From: Geosiphon pyriformis uo1
Taxonomy: Eukaryota; Fungi; Glomeromycota
Direction: 5' to 3'
NCBI GenBank assembly: GCA_016748015.1
Contig: JAAOMT010000128.1
Span: forward strand, 2,669,913 to 2,733,912
DNA: 64,000 nt
The notes beneath the pieces were generated by a model, which was not told where the DNA came from, did no database searches, and saw nothing but the letters and a program-made list of their open reading frames with translations. Both the position numbers and the translations under genes were made by a program. The number at the start of each line of letters is the position of its first letter. The first letter of the stretch is position 1. This document shows positions 49,152-60,337 of this stretch, in pieces.

Positions 49152-51098
49152 ATGATAGAACCAGTGGGCTCTTTTGCTAGTGGCTCTGAGTTGATTTTGG
49201 CTAGTTTAGGGACCCGCCAAAGTGTGAAAAGCAAGTGTGTGGATATGGTATACTCTTGAAGTGCATCCTACAAGAAGCCAAAAAAGCCTGTTGTTGGTGT
49301 TGTGGTTGACTTATCTGCTGGCCCTTTGGGCTTGAAAAATCTTGGTGGTGTTGGCATCAAGCCTGAGATATCTTGAAAAAACAAAGTTAGCAGTATTATT
49401 AGCAGTGTAAGTAATCTCTCGGACATCAAAAATATGGCGAACACAATTGCCAAGGAAACCAGTTATGCAGAATCAGGTGAAGACGATAACATGGATGAGA
49501 CAACGCCGAGAAAAATTCGCACCCAGACGTTTACGCTGGGCAACCCTCTGAAGTGGCCTTCATTTGAATGTATAAGTGATGACAATGTTGTGCTGAATCT
49601 TCCTCCTTATGTGAATATTGGGTCCAATCAGTCACTGTCACTCGGATCACGTGTCTTGAAAATACGGAACTTTAATACAACAAAATTTTTCGTGCTTGAT
49701 ATTGAGCTTTCTGCAGTGCCTGGCAAGTTAGTTAGTAATAAATTAATTTCATTAAAAAAAATCTTTTATCATGTTGATGGTTTTGGGGGAGCCTCCACTC
49801 CCTCAAAATTTCCTGGTATTATTAGATCATCTTTTATATTAGAATTTAGTTTGAATAAGGCTAGGGAAATGGCAATCTGTGAGAAAATTTTGGTTAATAA
49901 TGATGTCAAAAAAGCAAACAGCCATTCAGATTGAGAGGTGATCGTCAAGAAGATCCCAATAGATCTTTTCAGATTGACAGTGGAATCAGTTTTCTCTAAA
50001 TTTGGCAAGATTGTGTCTATCAAGATGCAGCTAATTAGTCTTTGGCAAAAGGCCCTAGTTGAATTTGAGTTGTCTGAAGTTGTCAGTTAGGTCGCTTCTA
50101 TGTGGTCTGTTTTTATGAGAAAAGATTCTGTGTGTGTGGCTTTGGCAATCAATGATAAACAAATGTGAGTATCTAGAGATCAGCATCAGACATTGCTATA
50201 TACTCTTCCAATGGGCATCACTGCCCATAATCTTTCCGATTTATTGGTATTCTATGGTGAGAAGTCTTGTTTTATTGGCCACAATTCTAGTTCATATGTT
50301 TGTGATAGGTGTGCTGTAATTTGTTTTGGTGATGAGGCATCCAAGTTGGCTGCTATTGGCACAATTCCTATTTTCAAGGGTGTAAGTTTGCGTTGGGCTG
50401 GTCTCTCTTTGGCCTGTTGTAGTCAGTGCAAACAATTTGGTCATATTTCTGTTAACTGTTTGATGGGTGGAAATTCTGGTGGTCGTGGGAGGCAGGTGGT
50501 TTCTGATCAGGATCGGGTTCATTTGGTCAGGATATATAAGAAAAAGATGGCTTCTATTGTGTGGCCAGTTTCATTTGGTGACAAGACATGGGCTCAGGTT
50601 GCTAGTGGCTCTTCTTTTCGTATGGTTCTTTTGGATACTTCTGGTGTTGGTTCAACCTCAGACATGAACTCTCTCTCAATGTCCTTTGAATCCCTCGATG
50701 TTTCTGATTTAGGCAGTTATTTGGCATCTCTGAAATGCTTCTTGGAACTTTTAACTGACCAGGTTTCTGGTATTATGAAAAAATTGAGTTTTGTTGAGTT
50801 GGTGCCCTTGGTGCCTTCTTTTTGTGTTTCCCCTTCAGATGTTTCTGTCCCTGTGGTTTCAGTTGTGAACTCAGATATGGCTCTGGATGGTAGGTTGACT
50901 TTGTTTATACCCTCTGTTTCTGGTGCTGATGTGTCTGATGCTATTTTTAGTTCGAGTGGTTCGAAGGTTCTTACCTCCAAGGTGAGTGGTCTGGAATCTA
51001 AGATGTCTGTTCTGAAAGCTTCGATTGGTTCAGTTCTGGTGAGATTGGATCTCTTGTGTTCTAGTTCTGGTTCTCATGTTCCTTCTTTATCCCAATGA
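49152..51098 (+). pseudogene. LINE 2 ORF1 (RNA-binding/gag-like, CSQCKQFGHISVNC knuckle)
   Basis: Single reading frame (ORFs 49434-49934 and 50193-51098) broken only by nonsense codons. Confidence 0.82.
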
Positions 51099-54000
51099 GC
51101 AATCTGGTTTGGAAATTTGCAATGTGCAATATTTGGGGTATCAACGTTCCTGCGAAGCAAGCAAACATTGTTTATTGGCATGTGAGTTCTGGAAATATGG
51201 TTTCTTTTGTTACTGAAACAAAGTTGAAGTCCTTTGCTGGGCCATGGATTAAGGATAAATTTGATGGAGTTCAGATTTTTACTTCTGGTTTGGATGTTGG
51301 TTATTTCAGTGCTGGTGTTGCTGTGATCATGAACAACTTTTTGGCTCGCCATGTTTCTAAGATTGAAGAGATCTCTGGTCGGGTTGTTTCTGTGTGACTT
51401 TTGTTTAAAAGCAAGCTCTCAATAACTGTGCTTGGTTTGTATGTTAGTGCTTTTTCTGGCACTTATTTTGGTCAAGCATCTGAGATTAATTTTTTCATTG
51501 CTAAGGCTGTCAATACTAGTACTTTCATTGTATTGGGTGGGGATTTTAATGAGAGCAGATCTGGAAGGAGTGCAAGTTTTAAGTTTTGCTTGGGTCTGAG
51601 TTTGGTCAATTCTTTTGCTGGCCATTATTTGGCTGGAACACCTACATAGTGCAATTCAAGAGGAGTTGAGAAGACTATTGATTACATTTTTGTTAGTGAA
51701 AACCTGTCTTCCACTGTTGCTAAACATTGGATTGGACCTGTTTCTGAATTTTTTGATATAAATCACAGTGCTGTCATAGTGTTGGTTGGCTTGGGTGAAC
51801 TTTTGAATGCTCAGTTGAATAGTTTGTGCAAACAGGCTAACAAGGATCATTGGAAGTTCAAAATTAGGGATGTGGATGTTGCTAAATGGAATAAATTTAA
51901 GGATTGTGTTTCGGATAAACTTTTGTTGATTATAGACTTTTTTTCTGAGACTAAAGCTGGTGGTAATTTAGATACTATGTGGGCGATTTTGAAGAGGGAG
52001 ATGGTTGAGTCAGCTGATGAGATGTTCGCGAGGCATTGGTTTAGTGAGTTTTAGTGCCTTAGGAATAAACATTCTTTGAAATTTTTTGGGCTCGAGCTAC
52101 TCGTTGCTAAGATTGTTAGTAAGATTGGTTCTGGTAATATGCTTGGGGTAGATTATTTTGTGAGAAAATAGTTTACTTTGGATGAGGCCAAGACTAGCAC
52201 TTTTTCTGACTTGGTCATCTTGAGTGGGGACAGTGTTGTTCTTTTCAAGCATTTGTCATCAGTTCACAAAGAATACAAAAGATCAAAAATGTTTGAGTCG
52301 AAGTTGGCAGAGGAGACTTTCATTAGGAAAGCTATAAAAAAGTACATGGAGAGCTTTGCTTCTAATAAGGGTGACATGATCTGAAGTGTTTTGGACTGGC
52401 CTTTTTGTAAGGTGGTCTTTGATCATTTGGTGATTAATGATAACTTGGTTTTGGAATCTGAGGAGATAAAGTCTAAGGTAAACGAGATCATAATAGGGTG
52501 GACGAGAGTTTGCACTATATCTTAATCATTGTTTGAATGCTGGGTTCACTAGTACATGCCATTGGATTATGTAAGGGACAATGCTTTTTCTGGTGTTATA
52601 AGAAAGATAGTTATAGAGGAGTTGCTTCTGGTGGTAGGTGGTCTGCCTGATGGTAAGGCCGCTGGCCTGTCTGGTATTCCCAATAAACTGTGGAAGCATA
52701 ACGATGAGGTGGTTCTGAGCTGTCTGTTGGTTTTGCTAAATGCTTGCTTGTCCGTTGGCAGAGTGCCTGTTTCTTAGAAAAGGGCCTGGGTGTCGATGAT
52801 TCCTAAGCCATATGATTGGGATGGTGTTCTCACAAACACTCATCTTATTGCTCTGATTGAAACTGCCAGGAAGATTCTCTCTAAGGTTCTGTCTGATCAA
52901 ATTTTTTTCGTATGTAGTAAGTTTGGTGTTCTCCATGATGACAATTTCTCTGTGTTGAAGGGCACATCTACACAATCTCTGGTGTTTGCTGTTGGGGCAG
53001 TTGTGAAGGATGCTCTTGAAAAAGATAGAGAACTTTGGCTGGTCCTGCAGAACATGTAAAAAGCATATGATTCTGTTGGGTGACATCATTTAAGGGCTAG
53101 TTTGCAGAGGATTAAAATGTGCGACAAATTCATCAGATTTTTTGATGGTATACATAAGGGTAGGTTCAACAGGATGATGACTGATTTTGGTCTTTCTGAT
53201 GAGTATTATGTTTGTGATGGTTTGGATCAGGGTGAAGTTTTCTTGCCCCTTTTGTGAAGAATTTTTTATGATTCGCTTCTGTGTGAGGTTAAAAGACATA
53301 AACAGATTTTTGGGTATTGGATAAGTTCCAAGTTTGTTTCGAAATCAGATCAAATTGAGGGCAGTGGTAGGTTGTCATTCTATTTCACAGCTGGTGCTTT
53401 TGTTGATGATACAATTTGGGTTGGGAACTGTCAAGCTGCTACTCAGAATATTTTGGACATTGCGAGTAAGTTTTTTGTTATCAATGACATTTTCATCAAC
53501 AATAAGAAGACTGTGGCCATCTCGATCAATCAAAGTGTTAAAATTGCTTCTTTGAGTATTAATGGTCTGCCTGTTTTAATAACTAAAAAGAGTGAAGCTC
53601 ATCACTATCTAGGTATTTTTTTGTCCACTGAGAGGCTTTCGAAGCCGAGTGTGGCCAAGGTGCATTCTGATGTTTGTTTCTTTGCTAATGTGGTTCTCAG
53701 GAAGGCTATCATTGATAAACAGTTCTCGTATCTGGTATCGGCTGTCTTGCAGCCTATTGTTAGCTATCACACTTAGTTCAGCTTTGTTTCATCAAATATG
53801 TATAACAAATGGGATGTGATGTTGAAGAAAGGCCTTAAGTCTAAAGCTGGTTTGTCCCGTGATTTCCCCAATAAGGCTCTGTGTCATCCATCTTTATATG
53901 GTCTGAAGTCTTTTGAGCAGGTGCAGTCTAAAGGGAAGTTGGCTGCCTTGATTTTATTTTCCAACTCTTCTGGTATTCTTGGCCAGTTGTTTGAGCACAG

Positions 54001-55786
54001 GTTTCTCGATTTGCAGATTCTAGAGTGGTCTCCTTTGAATCCTTTGCAGTTTCTTGTTAGGTTGTGTGTTAGCTCCATGAATAATTTTCTGGCAGGCGTG
54101 ATTAAGATTTTTCTGTGCAATGAGCTGTCTTTGTCGAATAGATTGCCCAATGCTTTCCATAGTCCTGGTAATTTTCATGTATCCTCTATTCTGAGGAGTT
54201 CTTTGCATTTCAATTCAGTCTATTCATTGAAGCGTTTTGGTGTGGCTTTTAGTAATAGATTGTTTGACAAGAAGGGGCATATTATGAGTTGGGCAACTTT
54301 TCGACGTTAGAAGAGGCTGGGGCCAAGGGGTCCTGTTCCTTACTGGTTTATGGTTGTGTTTGATTTTCTTTGTGGTATTGAAGCCTTGCTGGCTGGTTCT
54401 GTGAAGTCTACTTGTCTTTCTGGAGTGAGCATTTTGGATTCTAAGGAGTTTTCTGTAGTTGTTAGTAAGTTGCATAAGGTCTTATTTAACTTGTTTGAGG
54501 TTTTTATGGATGACTCATTAAAAAATTTTGGTAGTGTTGATGTTGCCAGTAGTGTGGTGGCCTTTTTTTCTGCTATTGATATGAGTATTGGCATTAGGGT
54601 TGATGGGCTGTTGTCTTCTACTATGGCCAAACTGCAAGTCATTGCTTTGTCTTTGGAGTGTGTTTCGTTTTCTTGTACAGTGATCATGTATGCTGACAGC
54701 CAAGTGGCTATTGATGCATGCATTTCTGAGATGTCATTGTCTGTGCCTGATTTCTGCTCCTTTTGTTGGTTGGAGAAATGCTGGATTTTTGATTTGGTTC
54801 ACGAAAAGGATCTTTCTGTATATTGGGTTAAGATCAAAGGACATTCTGGGATTGTTGGTAATATTAGGGCTAATACTGCTGCTGAGAATGCTGTTTTTTC
54901 TCGTTTATCTTTGCCTATCAGTGTCCAGGAGTGCTTTTTGGTTGCTAAAAATATACTGGTCTCTGGCAATACTTATTATTTTGTTCGGGATTTGTATAAA
55001 TTTGTTTGCCATGCATGGTGGGAGGCGGGATCTGGCCGTGATGTGATTCCTGGTGTGCTGATTGAGGCCATGGATTGGAATGCTACTGTTAGGGTGTGGC
55101 ATTCCAATTCACATATGCTTGCTGGTTTTATTAGTCAGAAGTCTTTTTGTCTTCGCATATATCTGATGAAAACTGTGCACTGACAGCTTCCTGTGCCAGT
55201 TAGGAAATGTTTGTATGATAAATTGTACCCTGGTGTGCTGTGCTTATTGTGTCGTGAAGTGAAATTACCAGACCATGTTTTTATGTGTTTTCATAATGTG
55301 GAGGTTCACAAAGAGGTTTTGGTCACAGTGTCTTTGGACTGGTTATCCATGGTCAGTCCTCGTGGCTCATTATCCTCTGCTGTTTTACAATCTCTTGATT
55401 GGTGTTCTTTGGACATTAGTTTGTATTCGGTTCTGTGTAAAGGGTTTGTGTTGAGGGAGTGGTGTGAAGAGGTGGTGGAAATTTTGGACAGTAAGAAGGA
55501 GGCTGTCAGTGCTGTGATTGGTTTTGTTGAGTGTTTGGTTGAGCTACATCACTCTAAAGCCTGGTTGGTGAGGTCAGCATTTAGGGTGAGAATAGAAAAG
55601 GCTGGTTTGGTTAAGGATAACAGTTTGTTTTCTGGTTTGTTTCATTGCTTGGGTTCTTTGTTGCCTGATAAGGTGGTAAGAATGCTTGGCATTGCTGGCT
55701 CTTTTGCTGTTAATTTTGGCCATTGCAGGTTTTACCTTTTTTTCTCTGGTCTGGATGGTAGTCTTAGTGTTGATATAGGTGTGTAG
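51095..55786 (+). pseudogene. LINE 2 ORF2 (APE, RT, RNase H, C-terminal CCHC)
   Basis: Ten ORF fragments all in one frame. Motifs ETKL, GGDFNE, AFVDDTIW, KIKGHSGIVGN and CLLCREVKLPDHVFMC. Confidence 0.9.
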
Positions 55787-56422
55787 TGTTGCCTTGTTTG
55801 GCCTGAGTGGCTAGCTACATGTAGAAAGTGCATGAACTGCATTTAGTTTAAGCTTCTTAGTTTGGTTCTATATATTAGATAACAGTTGGGTTTCACTTAT
55901 TAAACATATTAATAAAAAAAAATATTTATATTAAAGCTAAAAAAACTGATAAAATAATTTATTAATTTGTTAATATTAATGTATTTTGCTTTAAATATAT
56001 TTATATTAAAATTTAAGAACATTTTATTTTTATTACCAATATAATGATTAATATTACAAGCCAAAAACTTTTTATTATATTATTTATATTTGTTTTTATA
56101 TTTTAGAACTGATTTAATTTATACAAAAATAATTTAAACTTTAAATTTACTTTATTACTTAAGTATTTAATATTATTAATTAATATTTTATGTTTTTAAA
56201 CAAAACTATTGCTAATAAAATTAGAAACAATATTTTTAGTTAATTTTTTTTAATTATAGAATTATTAGTAAAGATTATTAAATTCATAATAAAAGAGTTT
56301 GTTTTTTGAGAAATAATAATAGATATAACAAAAAAAAACAAAAAACAAAAAAACTTTTTTACAAAATTTAGGCTTTTTAAAAAATTTAAGATGTACAAAA
56401 AAAAAGGTTAAAATATTTTTAC

Positions 56423-56503
56423 AATAATAATAATAATAATAATAGTAATAATAATAATAATAGTAATAATAATAATAATAATAATAGTAATAATAATAGT
56501 AAT
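56423..56503. repeat. (AAT)n microsatellite with AGT interruptions
   Basis: About 27 trinucleotide units visible directly. Confidence 0.9.
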
Positions 56504-57539
56504 TATATTAAAATTAATTTTAGTTGGTTTTTTAAAAAAAACTATAAATAAAAAAACTTATATTTAAAGCTAAAAAAAGTGCATTTTTAATAATTAAAAA
56601 TTGCTTTATGTTTTTATTATTTATAAAAACTAGCATTGTTTAACTGTTTTTACTTTTAAAAAAAGTTTTAAGTATTAAAATTATTAAAACCAATAGAAAA
56701 AAGTTGTTTTTTTATTATTTTTTGCTTTAATTGTGGTTATAAAAATGGAAGAAAGAAAATTTTCAATTGTTTTTTATAAAATATTATAATATTCAGAAAT
56801 TTGGTAAAAAACTTTTAATTTTAATATTATTATAAGTGTTAAAGTATAAATTATTTAGTTTTATTTTATAAAACTATTTTATTTTGTTTTATTAAAATAT
56901 TTAGTTTAAAAAACATTGTTTTAAACCAATTAATTAATTTGCTATGTTGTTAATAAATATTTTGCAAAACTTAATAAAAGCATTGATTTAAAGTTTAGTT
57001 TTAATTACCTTGATATTAAAGTTTTTTTAAAAAGCTCAAATAATAATTTATTTTTGAATTGTTGTAAAATATGGTAATAAAATGTTTTAAAATAATAAAA
57101 ATGGTTGAAAGTGCTATAAGTAATTTTGATTGGTTTGAATAATTAATCACATGTATGTTGATAGATTGTAAAAGAAATACACTTAATAAAGCAGAAAAAA
57201 AGTTTTATAATAAATAAAATATTATATCAAAATAAAATTTCAAAATTTACAATACATATTAATATATTTTTGGTTGCAACATTTTTTTTAATAAAAATAA
57301 CTTAAAAATAATAAGCATTGTCCGTTTTTTCTTTATGTACTCATAGAAGTAAAATAGATCAGTTTTAGCGATATTCATTGATATAGTAGGTTCTAAGCAA
57401 TTGCTGCGAGAACAATGGAAATCCACCACCAATAAAATTCAGTTGAAAGCATTTTATTATAAATATTCCGTAAAGGACTGTAAGAATTTTAATTAACTCC
57501 CTAATAGACACTTTTCCAATAGCAGTGCGCTTCTCAATC

Positions 57540-60035
57540 ATGCCGGCCATAAATTCTTCGCACTCTCCACCAGAAATCTTGGTGGTAGTGGTTGTGGATG
57601 GCACCCACTCCTTAGCCAATCATTTTGAAGTCCTGCTTGAAAGCTATCTCAAGAATATGTTGAAACAGCTCAAACAACCCATACTTATAGAAAATGAAGA
57701 AAACGCGTCTAAAGACAGGATGACCCCGACTCTTAAGTGTGGTCTAGTTGTTTTCGGGCACTATAGACCTTTTTCCGATTGTCCCGTTGAGTCTAGATAT
57801 TTCATGTCGGATTTAACCAAGTTTCAAGCACAGTTACAAGGTTTAGAATTTAAGCATGGCGGTTTGGCCAGAAATGCTGTGGCGGAGGGTTTAGTATCAG
57901 CACTCGAGATGTTTGAAACATACAACTCACGAAAAAACCCCGATAGCTTAGAACCTAAACGGCACTGTATCCTCGTTTCTAACAGTGAACCTTTGGCTGA
58001 TCTTGTACACTTTAATTTTGATGAAAAATTTGATAATTTCTCTATGGCACAAATTTGTGAAGAGATGAAAAATCAACAAATATTTCTTTCCCTCTTAACA
58101 CCTGAGGGACAGAAGACTGAGCTAGAGAACCTCATAAACATGGTAAGATTGCCTCCGTTATTGTAGTAAAAATTGCCTTATTAAGTATTTATTATTCAGG
58201 TCAATCGAAATCATGTGGAAACTAGCCAAGGCATAGACTCAGGACATTTCTTAATGTTAGCTGGAGAGATTAAGCTACCCATACCTTCAGTGAATGAAGG
58301 TTTGTCTAAATCCAAACTATAACAATGTTTAAATTCAATTCATAAAATATGCACCTTTTTATGTTTAAATGATATTTCTAATAAACTTAGTAGTGGTACA
58401 AAAACGAAAGCGGGATGAATCTTTAGAGATGGGACATGTAGTTGGCCAACCAGCATCAAAAAAGCCTTCAGTTGATTTACATGAAGGAAAGAATGAAAAA
58501 TCTGATCAGGGACTACTCGTCTCTCATTCGCTTAGACAAACCCCAAATTCTTCACCCACACTACACTCATTAAACATGAGAATAAAAAAAACCCCACTGT
58601 TAACCAGTCAAAAAATTCCACAAAATGTACAGCCTGTACGTTCTTCGCCTATTCCCCAACCTTCACCCAATATTCAAGCAACCCCACCTCTTGTATTTTC
58701 TCCAATCCCCATGAGCCCTGCACTAAATCAAAATTTACAAAGTCCACTTTTGGCAACAATTACAAGGGGAGCATCATCGACCCCATTGAACGTTGCCATG
58801 CCCGTTTCACAGCCTATTCAAAGTACACGTCCCCTTGGTTTACCTCAGACTCTACTAAGGTCACCAGAAGTGCCATGGAATTCAACCCATATAAATCAAG
58901 AATTACTTGAGAAAAATAAGGAATTAAAAGCTCAGTTTGCGCAAAGTCAGCACAAACTTGAAAAAGCTTTGGTTACGATACAGCCTTCTACAAATGGATT
59001 TTCAGGGCAATCCCCAGCCAATTTGCTTTCTGGCCAATTTTCCACGCAAAACACCATTGGCGCTCAGGTTTCAGTTAATAAGAGTCCTACACAGCTTTTC
59101 ATGCATATGGCTAATGTACAACAACAAAGGCCCAAACCTCAACAACAGCAACTCAAAAAATTATCAATTTGGAGTGGACAAATTACTTGGCAGTCAAGTG
59201 TACCTAATACAGATACCAGGCGCGAGTCACAATGTTACGTAAATGCCATTCCGGCGCAAAATTTAGACTTGTAAGTCTATTCTAGACCTATTTTGGATTA
59301 TCATTTTTGCAAACTTTAATCTTTGCTTTAAATATTTTCTTTGATTTCAGCAATCTTCACCTCTGGCCTGAGAAAATGGAGATTACCGGGATCTTCCCTA
59401 TCAAGGAAATTACTAATGATCTAAAGACCCGACAATTGCCTTTGGTTTATTTTCTTCCCACGTCCAATATCCCTGATGAAAATCAAAAATACTTTGGCAG
59501 CTTATTGACAAACTTGGACAAAAGAAAAATGGCAAGTAAAAATACGCGAATATCTTTTATACATATACATATGAGATATTCAATGGTATCGAAATGAAAA
59601 ATTATGCAGGGGGCACGCGTGCATTTTCCGAATACTCCAAATAACGGGATGGTTCTCTTCCCGAACGCCGGTCGTCTCATCGGTATTCTTTACTTAGATA
59701 AACCAATACCAGTACCAATACCAATACCAATGCCAACCCCGACAAATTTCCGTCAAACACTTCTTCAACAACAGCAACAGTCATTGCCACAATCTTCTCA
59801 GGCACAGAATCAGTCACAGCAACAAATAATGCAATCTTTCCAAACACCCATTCAGCAAATGTCGGTAAATCAACCCCAGCTAAACTTAATTTCTCCATAT
59901 ATTATTAATACCTTAGGTCAACGACCAGGTATGACTTCAAGATAAACTTTTTAATTTTTAGATATTGATTAATAACATTTATTTTTTTCTCAAATAGCGC
60001 TTTGGCAACCACAGCAGCAACAGCAACAACAATAA
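57540..60035 (+). CDS. MED25: Mediator subunit 25-like protein (VWA plus ACID/PTOV domain, Q-rich), ~706 aa; join(57540..58142,58200..58299,58391..59270,59351..59531,59610..59928,59998..60035)
   Basis: VWA motifs VVVVVDGT, GLVVF, GG...AVAEGLVSALEMF and KRHCILVSNSEP. ACID-like IWSGQITW...WPEKM...GARVHFP. The six exons splice into one frame (2121 nt). Confidence 0.82.
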
Positions 60036-60337
60036 CCCTTATTCATATACAGTTGACAAGATTTTATTTTCCATTTTATATTTATATATCGAAATTATTT
60101 TACAAGGGCAGCTTACATAAGCTGTTATATATACATACTCGATTTGGCTTGGGATAAGATCAAACAGAATAAATCTCAACGGAGGAGATTTGTTTATAGA
60201 TTCAACTTCAATCAAGAACTCACTCGTTAAGATAAATCCCTTAAAAATAGGATTATTGGCAAAAGTGCTATTATGAAAGGCACACGCAAGCAATATCAAC
60301 AATTACTTTGGCTGAAGAGTTACCAACACGGAGCACA

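Larger units (their letters stand above)
49040..55922 (+). mobile_element. Non-LTR retrotransposon (LINE) 2, near full length, decayed; 5' boundary approximate
   Basis: ORF1 and ORF2 overlap at ATGA (51095-51098); short poly(A) at 55914-55922. Confidence 0.9.

Noticed and set aside
126-55102. Many short ORFs antisense to TE coding regions (e.g. 126-365, 5409-5903, 43231-43602, 47425-47838)
   Set aside because: They are shadow ORFs produced by strand compositional skew and show no motifs or conservation between copies.
56423-56503. Telomere-like repeat
   Set aside because: It is a simple interstitial (AAT)n microsatellite with no G-rich telomeric unit.
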